Notes: generated from the sequence alone by a model not told the origin. A DNA stretch of 36,727 bases from Sphacelaria rigidula (GCA_964200075.2 CAXNAA020000016.1:1-36727), one strand, 5' to 3'. Positions 12,601-25,888 are shown, numbered from the stretch's first letter. A program made the numbers and translations.

Positions 12601-15600
12601 TAGCGGTTACGGTCGCGCAAACCGATAAACCCCGCGGTAGAGGAAACAGAGAGGCAAAGCGAGATCGAGGAAGCTCCCTCTATGTCCGCTCATTGCAACA
12701 TACGTGAAGTGCGTTCCCGGCTGTATGCCGAGGTCTAGCCCGGGTAGGAGGGTTATGGACAATCTGGGAAGGAGTTCCTGAGGCCGCTTCTCATGGTCAG
12801 CAACAGGTATCTCTGGGAACCGGATCATTCGAATCTTTCATCGCGGAGGTTTGGCGGAATACGGGTCTTGGCGCAGGAGGCCTCCTCTGAAGGATCTGCT
12901 ATGCTTCCAATAGGATTCTGGCGCACTGTCCCGTCGGATTCCCGATTTTTCCAGTCGCCCCAAACATCTCCGAGTTGTCGAGGGAAAGCACGTGTTTTCC
13001 CGACAACTCAAACAGCTTTAGGGCGGCCGAAAATCAGGAATCCGGCCAAAAGTGAAACTGGCGTTCCGGAAATCGGGGAAGTGCGCTAGAATCCTCTTGG
13101 AATACATAGCAAATATTTCAGAGGAGGCGCTATCCGCCAAGGCCCTTCATCCACCAAAGCTCCGTGATGAAGGGCTCAAAAAAGGCAGTTCTCACGAAGT
13201 CCGTTTTCCGGCTGTTAGAAGTGGCCTGAGTATGTGTAATAGTGCAGGTGTGGAAGATACCGGTCGGACCATTGTCATCCACCAATCTCACATACCGAAG
13301 TGCAATGCATCGAAGTCTTCTATGTTGATTCCAATGATAGCATCTACCATGCAGTCCACACGCAAGAGCGCAGGAGGTCAAGACTTGAGACAAACACCTT
13401 GATTGTAGCGTTCTGTGGGAAACCGCGGGAACGGCAGCGGGCATTCTTACATGTTCGGGCCGCAGCCAACCCATTCCACAGGGATATTGCGGACTCGGCG
13501 TATTTGGCTCTCACCTATAGTCGAAGCTACATGTCTGCCAGCTAGCTTGGATGCGGGATCTGTGACGGTTTCAGAGACAACCAACTAGACTACTGACCAG
13601 TCAGCGCTGACTAGTCAGTAGTCTAGTTGGTTGTCTCTCGAACCGTCACAGATCGCACCCGAAAGGGAAATTGCGGCGGAAACGTTCACGAATGTTGGAG
13701 CACTTCTCCCTGCTCTTTGGTGCCATGCTTGATGCTGCTTTCAGGAGAGGGTTGTGCATCGTGACGACGTATCTCGATTCGAACGCGATATCCCATCCCC
13801 TGAATGATTGTACCCCCTATCGAATCATACCAGTGACGTGAGGAGGTAAAAGGGTAACTCGGTGGATGTGACTACGTTGTCCTACTAAAACAGCTCCTGT
13901 TGAGAAAGTTTGAAACCGTTCCACCCGCACCTCGGACGAGAGATGGGGTTCTAGCCATCGCTAGCCCGCTGTAAATTAAGCACAACGCCAGTCATGACGA
14001 GTGTGCCAATTCCGAACGATACGATGAAATCAATCCACCAACGGCCCAGTGTAGGTTGTAACCCGCAGCGCTGCGAAAAGAGCATATAGTGTCGACGACG
14101 GCCCGACGATCGATCGTCGCCAAAGGGAAAGGAGGGGGCGACAGATCTCCGCACATCTTGGTACTTGCTTCACGCAAGGATGGCGGGCCCTACTGAATGT
14201 AGCCACAGCATCCCCGGTGCGTGCTCAAATGAAGCAATACTGTGCAGCTCACCGCGAACGACACTATGATGGAAACGCCTCGATAGTCGCCGTTCAAGTG
14301 AAGCTCAAATCATAGAGACTTTGGGGTAGCATTCAGTGAATGGAGAGACACTGCTGTCTCCGACGCGGTGTTTCGGGGAGCCCCGAACAAATCACCGTGT
14401 ATTCAGCGCGGTATCATTTGCAATCCTTCGTTTTTGTTTCGGTGTTCTGCTACCATCCGTCACTACGACAGAACGAGTGTGTAGGTAAGAGCATCGAAAG
14501 GCAAGGACACTGTCGTCGTGGAGTGTCCCACCTCACGCGGCGTATTCTAACTGATACGTGTTGCAGATGTGTAACAACCGGGCACCCAGGCGCATTTTGA
14601 AGCTGTATGCCCGTTCCCCCGCCGCAGGTGCCATCATTGTACTCGGCAGCAACATCACGATCGACGGCGACATGACTTTCGCCGACAACGCTGCAGGAGT
14701 TAACGGAGGTGAGACACGATGTGTTCCTAGGCACATTCAGCATGCAGCAATGCGGTCATCGACGGCAAGGCTATATCACTGCCGAACCGTCATAACCAAA
14801 GTTGTTGGTGAAGACTCGTGGCGATATCCTAAAGGCAGAAAAGTATGGACCATGTCATGAAACCATCATAACGCCACGGGAACACGCGCTGGACGGCAGC
14901 AGGTAAGGTTTGAAACTCCCACCGAGCAGTCTAAGGGTATATGTATGGTTGTAGACACATGCGTGTGTCGATCGTTGTGCGTTGTTGTGGGGAATTGGAT
15001 CGTAGTGTCGTCTACTGTTTCCGCCGAATCAATGCGGGTCATCATCGGTTTCTCGGCCTCCGATATTCTGTGAGCTGTTAATAGCGTTGGACTGGGGTAG
15101 ATGAAGTGCTTCGCGGTGAAGGGCAATACTCGTCCATGACGTACCAGGTACCGGTTGGTGCAGGCGACCTGTAGTCTAGTTTATACTTGCAGGTATAAAC
15201 CTACACTTTGTAGGTGATGCATGTTGCTCCGTGTAGCTTGTAGTTAGTTCTGGCAAGGACCTCCTTGCTAACCTGGGTTCAAAGTTTACACCTGGTTCAC
15301 TTATTCACGGTTTAATTGACTTGCTTCAGTCTCTCAAATAGCATGAGTACCCTATACACTCGGTTCGAGTACCTTGCTCGTATTTTCTAATTCCAGATCA
15401 AACAAGTTACCTCCATAGGTTTGAATATGTTCCGTCTGCGACCCGCAACATGATAACGGAGTTCCAGCCAACAGTCAGCCCCTATGGTTTGCGGATGCGC
15501 CGTCAGCCATCATAGAGACGATACGTCCGCGACGTGTAAGGAGATCGACCCCCTTCTTCAGCTTCAGCGTTTTGAAATGGACACGATAGTATGAAGAACG

Positions 15601-18600
15601 GCCGGATGATTCTACTTGCAACAGGCTCGAAAAGAGACGACATGGTTCCTATATCACGGTGTGTACTACACGCGGAAGACAGCAGACTCGAACATGGAAG
15701 CACCACAGGCCCAGATGCATGGTCCACCAACGCACACTGCGGCACGCGGCAAAGGATACGAAGATGATGAACGCTGCGGCGCTCCCATTTTGGTGAAAAC
15801 AGGGAATGGAGAGGATACATGACAGAGTGCTCTCACATAAGGGGAAAACCGATATTTTGGTCCCATGCTACGGGGAGCTTCGAACGTCCTACCGTGTCTC
15901 CAGCGCGAAAATATCTGCAACCGTGTTTTTTGCACAGATGTTCCGCTGTTATCTATTCCTCAGACTGCACGGGTGTTCACTGTAGCGCATCGAAAGGCAA
16001 GCATTACCATCGTGGCGTACCTCGCCTCCGACGGAGCACATTCCGACTGTTTTGCAAAAACAAACTAGTGACAAACCAAAAAACCCGTCATCCATGCGCG
16101 TTTGAACGCTGTGTGCGGCCTTTTTTCCCGCCGCAGGTGCTCTCGTTTTATCTTCCAGCAACGTCGCCATCATGGGCTATATGACTCTCACCAACAACAC
16201 TGCAGGAGAGGATGGAGGTGAGATACAATGCACTCCTAGCACGTTGAGTATGGCGCAATGCGCTCATCGATGGCAAAGCGATAGTACTCCCGAACCGTCA
16301 TCGTAATTTGTTTTTATCACCGAAACCTCATGAGGATACAATACACTAGTTTTCATCTGAAAATATGATATTTTAGTCGTTTCTTGTGGTCGGGGATATT
16401 CGAAAGTGTATTCACTATCCCCGCTCTTTCTAGTGAACGTTTGATCCCACAGTTTGGGGACCGGGAGTGACTAGGCATCTCCTCCACATTCCAAAAAAAG
16501 ATCACATTTGGGCCCATTGTTAGATGATTCACGGGATGTCCAGTTTTCGTGAATCCTGACACTACCCAGCCCCAGAGTCTGACCCTTGAGTATTTTTGCT
16601 CGATTGAAGCAATCTCAATCGTTTCCGTGAACAAGTGATTTTTGGTTTTTCAAGTTTCACCTATATATTGCGCTGGAGCCGAAAAACTGTGTTGTGCGGA
16701 CCAGTGGCGGTCGATAACACCCCCTGATGAACAAGGTACTTCATCCATATCACCCCGACTACACCAGTTGAGGATTCTGTTCTGAGCACGATCTCCTTCT
16801 TTTCCCAATATCTGTCGACGCTACGACTTTTCAAGTGCGTAGGACGGGTACTACACGAGAAAATTCAGAAAAGTACCCAACAACGAAAATTGCTCAACGG
16901 TGCTCCGCATGGTACAGGTGGGGGTGAACCACTTCCTATCACTCTGATGAATGATTTTATGAACCCCTTCTTTGTCTCTTTACATATTGATTGCGCTGGA
17001 GCCGACAAGAAATGTGATTTGGACCAAAAACGATCGACAACACCCTGCCATTTCAGCTCGTGAGTCGTTTAATATTGAGCGCAGAGACAATTTTTGTTCC
17101 GGAATGTGGAGCGTATGCTCAGTACCTCCGGACTCCCACACGTTGGGATCAGCCGTTTGCTGGGATGAGCGATGGCACGCGAGAAAACCGTTAGAAATCG
17201 CCGACTACGAAGAATTGCACAAGTCTTCTACTTCAGATGAAAAGTACTACAGTACGCGCAGCACCTCAGTGAATCACCAGAACGTCATGGGACCGCGTGC
17301 TGAGTGGCGGCGGGCTCGCGATGCCATCGTCGAATCGACCCATCGTTGAAAACCTCCACCGAGTAGTCGAAGAGATATGTATCGTTGGACGCACGCAGGC
17401 GTGTCGGTCGTTGTGTGTTGTTGTGGCGATTTTGATCGTAGTGCCGTTTCGTGTTTCCGCCGAACGCATGCGAATCACGTTCGCTGTGTCGCGTTCCAGT
17501 ATCCTGTGAGCTCTGAAAGGGATACTGGAGCCGAGGAGGTACTTCGCGGTGAAGGGCAATACTCGTCCGTGATGTATGAGGTACGAGTTGGTGCTGACGA
17601 CCTGTAGTTTGGTGCATACTTGTAGGCATGAACCTACCCTTTGTAGGTGGTATTTGTTGCTCCGTGTAGCTATATGGTTCAATGGGGCATAGCTTGAGAA
17701 ACTGCAGCAAAACGCCGTCAGGGTTGCTGAACTCAGTTCCTTTGTGCATGCCATCGCTTCAAGTCGCCTTTTCCGAGAGCAGCGGTTGCGGTCGCGCAAA
17801 CCGGGGAACCCCGCAGTGGAGAAAACAGAGAGGCAAAGGCTATTGAAAATATGGCTGTGGGTTGAGTACCACACACAGTGTTCAAACTTTCAACTTGACG
17901 GGAACGATCGGTTCAACTCGTGAACCCAGCTCTAACAGGGGAGCTCGCAGAGGCTGCATGCACAGTGTTGGGTAAACCCTTGCTTCGTGCAAAAAAAGAA
18001 TAGAATAGATGGTTTACACTCGGCGCTTCACCTGGTCGAACACAGAATAAAATACAATAAAACGCCTGGTTTCTTATTCACGCAGAAGCGGATGACACGC
18101 TGATAGGCTTGTTGAGTAGATAAAAATAGAGGGTGAACACAAGATGCTCTCTCCGAAAAGTGTCCTATCTCCACAAAATATTTTGAATCATGAACGGTAC
18201 GGCTCAAGTTATACAACCATGAACTGTACATCCACCAAATCTTGATGCTACAGATTCTTCCGCTCAAGCTCTTCGCTATTCGGGCACTGATAGTTCAATC
18301 TGTCCATTCATCCTCATATACGGCTAAACCCGTTCGTACTGCCCGTATTAGGTAATAGGCTGGACAATAGACGGCATCTATTGCAATAGCAATAGAATCT
18401 GCTGCAGGAAATGCCAATATTGTCGCCCATAATGGCCATCAATCGGCAAGTTTCTCCTTCTATTGTCGTCGGCAATGTCTATCGATATATCTGTTTCTCA
18501 CACTCTTGTCCGGGCAGCAGTCTGTTGTGGCGATGGATAGTTTTTCGAATCTACTGATGACGGCGATGACTCTCGATAGACGGCGTGCCAAATCTATTGA

Positions 18601-21600
18601 CGACGATAATGGCTATTGACAGATGGTATACCAATTCGTTTGATGACGGCAATCGCTATTGATATAGATTGCGTACAAAATCTATGCATGGCGACAATGA
18701 ACATAGATCGATACATACCAGAATCTACTGTGGTATGCAACGCCAACCGATAGATATTATCTGTCTATTGTCACACCTACATCGCAACATACTACGTGTA
18801 CAGCATATTATACTCCGTTAAAGTACAATAGAGAAGTCGCAGATGGACACGCAGTGGGTATATAATGCGTATACTCGTGAATATATGGCGTCCCGTTTCT
18901 ACAATTTTGGAAAGCTTGTATCTTGTAGGAATCTGCAATAAGTGTGGACGAACGTTTACGAGTTTTGTTGGTGGTGTGGTATTGGTACCTGTGGTTGTCC
19001 CTGTGATGGACCTGAGCGCCTACAGTACTTTTGTGTGTGGGTGAGATGTGCTTACAACCTGGACAATAGACTATGTAATAGAACATTGGCGCTGCAATAG
19101 CCCCAAAAGTTTGACTATCAATATTCACTGTCAGTCATAATAGACTGGCATCAATGTCTATCAACAGCTATTGTAGGCGACACTAGATTCGAGACAAGAG
19201 ACAGAATGTATCATTGCCGTGACAATGGAGCGGCCAAGCTGTCTGTCGATGTATTTTTTTTTGTTGCAATAGGCGTTGAATTGCGGTCACCAATGTCTAT
19301 TGCTAACCACAATAGGATCCATCACGCGGCCACCAATACATATTGTTGGCCACAATAGGATCTAAATTGTGCCCACCAATGTCTATCGAGGGTCGCAACA
19401 TCATCTGAATCGCGGCCACCGATGTATATCGCTGGTCACAATGCAATCTGAATCGCGGCCACCAATATCTATTGCTGACCACAAAAGTAGCTGAATGGCG
19501 CCGGTCACTAGCGCTATGTATGCACATTTTTCGGTGCATATTTCCACCTTATTCTACATAAGCTATGACCAGCTTTCGCCTCAGGTAGGTTTGTGTTCAT
19601 GTGTGAGGGTTATTGCCGTTGATACCACAAGACCATTGCTGAGGGTGATATGTTCATCAAATCCTATCGTTGGCGTCCCTGGCTATCGATAGGTGCTTCC
19701 GAGAACAATCGGTTGTTAACGGCAATGACCATATATATATATATGTATATATAGATACACACAAGGTTCTCCTTTGGGAGGTTGGTACTGGCCTCCCGGG
19801 GGTGACGCAAGTCGAAAATATACCAGTGCTATTCCTTTTCCATATTATGAAGGCATTTGTGTGGGAGAATATGTACCTTCCAGAGTATACTGTCATATTC
19901 CGCACTTTCAATTGTCTCAGACCAAGAGCGGAGATCATCACGGGAAGAGGGGTGGGCACTTCCAGCATGAAAAGCTCGCGTTACGGGCGGTGTGCGGAGC
20001 TGGGGAAAGCACCATCGTGCACGAGACCCTTCACAGCACACATCGCACGTGATTGCTACTGAAAAAGACCGCGTCCCGGTAGTACAAGGCGAACTTGTGT
20101 AAGGTTCTCTACGTGCCGACCCAACCCCGCGCGCACGGATTTCAAATCACACTTGGTAGACCTAAATAGATGTACGTAAACAATGATTGGTACTCGATTT
20201 TATTTGATTTCCGACTGAAGAAAGTTCCGAGAAAAATAATGATTTGTGGCAGGTGAGCAGTGGTGAGTAGTAGACCCAGCTCATCCGGAACGTGTTTTGG
20301 TCCAAAATTGGCTCAAATGGGTCGATTTGAGCTCTCGCAACGCACGCTTTAGTTGAGAAACACTCTGCACCCCCCTTGCCCGAGGGTTCTCGGTATGCCT
20401 TTGTCGGTGTTAGGGTTGGGGTTAGCGTCAGGGTTGGCGGTATCTCCATAATACCAACCATTGTTTACGTACATTTCTTTAGGTCCCCTCTGTGAAGTAC
20501 GTGCGTAGGGATGCACCCCTGTCACAAGGACATCTCTGTCATCCCTGTCACAAGGACATCCCTGCGCCGGTACTCGCAGGTGCATCCTGTGAGGGAACTC
20601 TCTGTTACGGGTTGCATGATCACAAGGATTTCGGAACCCCCTGCGCTGGTCCTCCACAACAGGTGACCCACAGTAGTGGGGACATTTGCCCGCGTATGTG
20701 CCTTGTTCAACTCACCAACGGCTCATTGCATGATCTTGTGTTTGCTGCTGACTGAGGCGAAGGCGATGTTCAATGGTTTTCAACTGCATACTTGTAGTCT
20801 TCGTGCTCCCAAATCAACGAAAACGCGAACAAAATCATGGTGAAAAAGTACCCCACCATGAAAAGGCTTTTGTGGTTCGGGCTCCTGTTTGAAGTTTTCC
20901 ATCATTTTGGAGAGGGTTGTATGGTTCGGGATCGACACCCCGCGAAAAAGAGCCAGTGTGGGCGACTTTCGATGGCCAGAATATGCGCCACAGGTATTAG
21001 ATGACACCCAAACCTGAAAGGTAATGTACCGCTGCACCTTCTTCGTGCACTGAAAAAAAAAGCGCGTGATAAGACACCTTGCCGCCTGAGGAAACTCGAC
21101 AAGAGTGGTGAAAAAAGTTAAATGATACATGTACATATACCCAAACATGCGTTGTTGGCGGCAGAGGCCGGAGGACCCGGAAGATTCAACGATGCATACA
21201 GGGCGCATGTGTGCCGGAGCTCACAAAGATCCAAGGAACATGTGTTGACGTCTTGCCGACACACGCGCCCGCACGGCGGTGACGTGGTGACAACGTCAGA
21301 CGGTTGCGGGATCTGCAACTTGGGGCTCGGAATCAAAGATGGGCACCGATCGGTTTCCGGCTTGGAGAAAGAACGCGTGAATCCGATTACGTAAACTGTA
21401 CAATCGAATGTCCTCCGATCCTCGCTGTTGCATCCATGGTTCATTCTAGACCAGCACTACGGATTTGTAGTTTGCAGGCCCATTCTTTCCTCAATCTTCA
21501 GAGCTAGACCCTAAAATTTGATATGGACAATGAATGCGGCACAAATGGTCAAATTATTTATATGCCCGAAGATTATTTCATCTTCATGAGTTGACGGAAT

Positions 21601-24600
21601 ATTCGAAGAAATTGTGTCTGTATCCCTCACAAAATTTCATTCGAATTTTCGCGCGACACCTTTGTGACCCGAGTTTTCTGCACATCAACTACATGCCGAT
21701 GCAGTTAGTAGGTCTTGCATCACGAGGTTTTTTCAGTGCCCAAACACGATGCACATCCCTCAACAGCACCCACCACCTAAACAAACGGCCAAAACAATCT
21801 GAAACGGAAGCAAACACCATCACCGAGTAGAAATTCCGCAGAGCATTCGCTTCATCTCAGAGGAAAATTCACACCAGATGTATGTTGTCACGACGAGTAG
21901 GAGTAGATCGATCTACTCTACCTGTTGCCCATATTAAACGTTTGACCGCGAGCATAGATACGTACAATATTAGTTTTAATCAGCATCAAATTGACTTAAA
22001 AATGACTACATAGAACAACATGTTTGTGAGATGAGGAATGGATTTTGTTTTCCGGAGCGGAAGGTTTTTCGTGATCTACACCAATGCGGTCGCATCGTCC
22101 GACACGGCCGTCACCCCCCCTCAAAGCCCATGATCTGACGGGAAATACGGTATAAATTGTTTTGAAATAGATGTGGTCAGTACAGATTTAGAAGGAAGAA
22201 TGCGTCCGAATACGGTAAAAAGGCAAATGCATATTTTTAGCCGTATCTCATGAGAGGCGTCACCGATTTTAAATCTGATGCGCTGAATTCCCGTCAGATC
22301 ACGGACTTCCATGGGGGTGACGGTTTTTTCGGGCGGTTAGACCGCCTTGTGATAGATGACGGAAAACCTCCCGTTCCAAAAACAAAGCCCGTTCCGAATC
22401 TCGCGAACATGTCGTTATAGCCAGATGATCTACCCTCGCGGTCAAGGGGTTGGGCGATTCCGTTCAAGCTATGGCTCGTGACTGAACTCCTCGTACATAC
22501 ATCGAAAGATATGCCCCATGTGTTCAGCACCAAATCACAGCTGCTTCGGAGGATTTTGAGACTTTCTTTTACCCTTGTTGCGCAGACACCGACTGGTGGT
22601 GTACGTAGTTGAAATCAATGAGCCGGATTTCGTTCACTCTGGCAGTTGGATGCTTGAACATAGGTACACCACTACACTGTTCGCACCTGCGTGTGTACTG
22701 CAGTGCCGCACCGTTTTGGCGTCATCTCACCGTACGACTTCTGTACTGTCCCCGAGAGCATAAGGACCAAGGGTTGCTTGATGCGCTCAAATGTAGATGT
22801 GCGAATATGTTGTCCTGGTGCATGTGTCGTGTTAATGATACGAAATAATCTCACCCTTTCACCGCCACCATATATAGGTCATCTGTTGAACCGTCAATGG
22901 CCCAGATGGTCTACCGTGGCGGTCAGAGGGTTGTCCCTCAGATCGCAAGGTTAGGCCATCTATTGGGTCGGCATCGCTCACACCTTGAGTTAAGATGAGT
23001 GGTGCCGGTTCAACAGATCACCCACGCTCGCGGTCAAAGGGTTAACCGTTTGACTGCGAGGGTGTTACATCTGGATCATGTGTACTTCTTTCAGGTGAAA
23101 TTGATGTCCATTCAAGAGATGACTTACGCTCGCCGTCAAAGGGACTTTTTGACCGCGACAGTACTTCATCCTGGATCATATCCAGCCATAAACAGCGGCA
23201 CAGCAGGTTGGCGGCTGAGAGGATGTACAGAAGGACCCGTTGTCAACGTTCACGGCGTGGCGCACTTTCGCCGAGCTCGACTATCCGTGTATGGAAAAGC
23301 TGAGAAGCGAAGAAGTCTCGACAACAGTTTGGCCCGCTCAATCTGTGGAGGAAAAGACTGGTATAGCAGTGAACGACCATGATGTTACTGTAGAACATAC
23401 CCCGGTAGTGACACACGCTCGGTATACCACAAACACAAAGATAGAGAGATGGAGACACAAGTGATAAAATACGGAATAGACAGGCGGCGAGAGGTACAGT
23501 GGGCGTGTTCTATCGTGAAAGCTACCGTTCGTTGATTGCTGCTTTTTGCTCCCAATGTCCATATTTCTCTCTATGTCGACAGTAAAATGACCTCCAAACG
23601 CATCCATTGGAGTGCGAGCAACTCCCTGCTTAGTTTAGTCACGGTTGTGTGCGTGCACGTAGCTCAACTTCCCACCCCCGCCCCCCTCCCGCCAAAGAGT
23701 TCGAAAAGAAATGCGATCAAGCAGCACTACAGTATACTGTTTGGTAAAAGGGAAGTAGAAAGTGAGGGAGAAAACTTCCGAGTCGCGATAGGACAGATAG
23801 CGAGCAAGGAGTGGGACAGAATACTCGTAGAGACAGTGAGGTGTGGGCATTGGTTGGAAGGGTAGGATGGAGAATATGCAGAGCCAATAGAACAACGAAT
23901 CTAAGACGCAGCCCTTGAGGAAACGGAGGGGAGGGAAAGCAGTGACAAGTGGATGCCCAGAAGAGAAAGGGGAGGGGAAATAGCGGCCCAAAGCAAGCAG
24001 ATGAGGACCAAACCGGAAAACGAAAGAAAAATCAAGCAAGGGAGAATGGAAGTGAAAACGGTGGAGGGAGAACAATAGACAAATGGGGAGTGGATAATGG
24101 TTAGAAAGGGAGGTCGGGAATAGGATTGTGAAACGTGCCTGGATTCGTTACGGACGAGCTCAAAAGAGCGGAGATAACCGAACGACCACCTAAGCGCGAT
24201 CTAGATATAGGAGGAACCAGGAGGCATGGGAGAAAGAGGGTGTAGAAATACGATGCAAAGTTAGAGAACTCGTACGCATAGATAAGGAAAAGGCGGAAAG
24301 GAGAGAGAGAGGAAGAGTAGGGGAGCGGGGGAAGTAGGACTCGGGCAATACCTGTGCGACATGCTGCAAGTGATCAAAGACACAAACATCGACGACAGCA
24401 TATGGAAAAGCAGGAGGGCGGGGAACGATTTTGTTTCTGGTAGGCAGCGTCTGTGTTTCCTAGGAATCGAAGAGTGTGGTAAACCACATGTAGAGAAGTT
24501 TGGAGAGATAGCAGCAGATGTACGTAAATGTAGAAGGCAAGGAGAAGTCATGTCAGTGGGGAGTTTTAATGCAAGAATTGGAAAATCAAGTCAACCGGAT

Positions 24601-25855
24601 GATATCATTGGGCAACGAAAAAGGACCACCACTTTTCAGCTTTCGTGAACAAACTAGCTCACGTCGTGGTTCACGTGTTTTTAACGTGCCCGTGCGGCAG
24701 CTTCTCCTAGTCTAGCCCATAAGACACACTTAACGCAAAATTCGTCCATGTCTACGACTGAGATAACTATGCTAGTACTGGTTGTCACATGCAGACAATC
24801 AGATGACCTCCTCGAACTGGCGTCGTGAACGTGTCGACAGCACCTGGTCGAAACGGCTACTGCCACCCGAACAGCCTTTCGAAGAAATTAGCATTTTTTC
24901 GTGCTACGCCGTATTTTGTTCTTGCTATCTACTCGCTCTTCAAAAGCTGACGGGAACATCGCGCTCATTTATTTGATTGTTGCTGTTGATGCCCATGATT
25001 ACTTTGACTCGTCTGGCAGGTGCACTCCATGTTACACACGACTCAGAAGTGGTCATGGCCAGCGTCGGCATATTGTTCGTGGACAACTCCGCAGAAAGAA
25101 ACGGAGGTAAGAGCAGCAAAGCGGCTAGTGTAGAAGAGAACCGTTGGGGATCCGCCCCCTTTATTATGGAGGTATGGTGCCTTCGAGCGTGGTAAGCTGA
25201 TTTGAACGTACAAGCGGTATACGTTTTTGCTTTTTTTTCCCGCCAGGCAGTGCTTGAACGAATCCCACAGCAGCCGATCAAGCGAGGAAACAAACAATTC
25301 CCCATAATATCGATCAAGACTGCGAACGACTCATCCTACGGAACCGGCGTACGTTCGCGAACCAGTTGCACGCTTGCGGCTACGGTCCTGCGCGGCAATC
25401 TAACTGGGCACCGTTTTGGATGCCTGTCGGCCCTTGCGTTTTCCTCCTTGAGACTTTGCGGTTGTTTTCCCCATCCTGTTCGTGTCGCCCGCCCGTCGAC
25501 GCAGGAGCTGTGTCAGTTGAAGACGACTCTTCTTTGACAATGAAAGGCCCGATAACATTTGTGGACAACAGAGCACAGGAAAATGGAGGTGAAGATCTAG
25601 AGTGGCTGCCGTACGGCCGGTAGAGTCGACGGGCCTCATGGTTAAACAGGTACCCGTACTTGCCTCATATTTTCACCGCGTCTAGACTGCAAGTGTCTCT
25701 TTGGCACAGAACCAAGGGGGTTGTCACGAATCCTTGCTCGTCTCGAAGCCCTGTGCTTGAGTCCCGGCAACGGAGAGGGGCCACGGAGTGGTATTCATAA
25801 CACACTGCCCCAAACTACTATGCCAAGGGTTGTCAAACACAAACACACACACACA

Positions 25856-25888
<33 letters not shown>

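Larger units (their letters stand above)
222..17840 (+). repeat. Tandemly amplified exon+intron cassette (six copies, core about 2.1 kb, variously deleted and interrupted by transposons)
   Basis: Intronic blocks recur in the same order, e.g. 'ggttgtttagctgag' (near 306, 2975, 11210, 12531), 'aggtacttcgcg' (near 2789, 11024, 12345, 17537), 'cattttgaagc' before exons 1-5 and 'gtgagacacgat' after exons 1-5. Confidence 0.92.

Noticed and set aside
17266-17874. 202-aa minus-strand ORF and its homologues in other cassettes as an antisense gene
   Set aside because: The frame is not preserved across cassette copies, there is no recognisable motif, and copies are freely deleted or interrupted. It behaves as duplicated intron.
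19278-19492. CRISPR-like array in the 43-bp repeats (also the 40-bp repeats at 35-114)
   Set aside because: Units are contiguous with no unique spacers, there are no cas genes, and the context is eukaryotic.
21901-21918. 18-bp perfect palindrome gagtagatcgatctactc
   Set aside because: Isolated and short, with no TSD or second copy seen, so no function can be supported.
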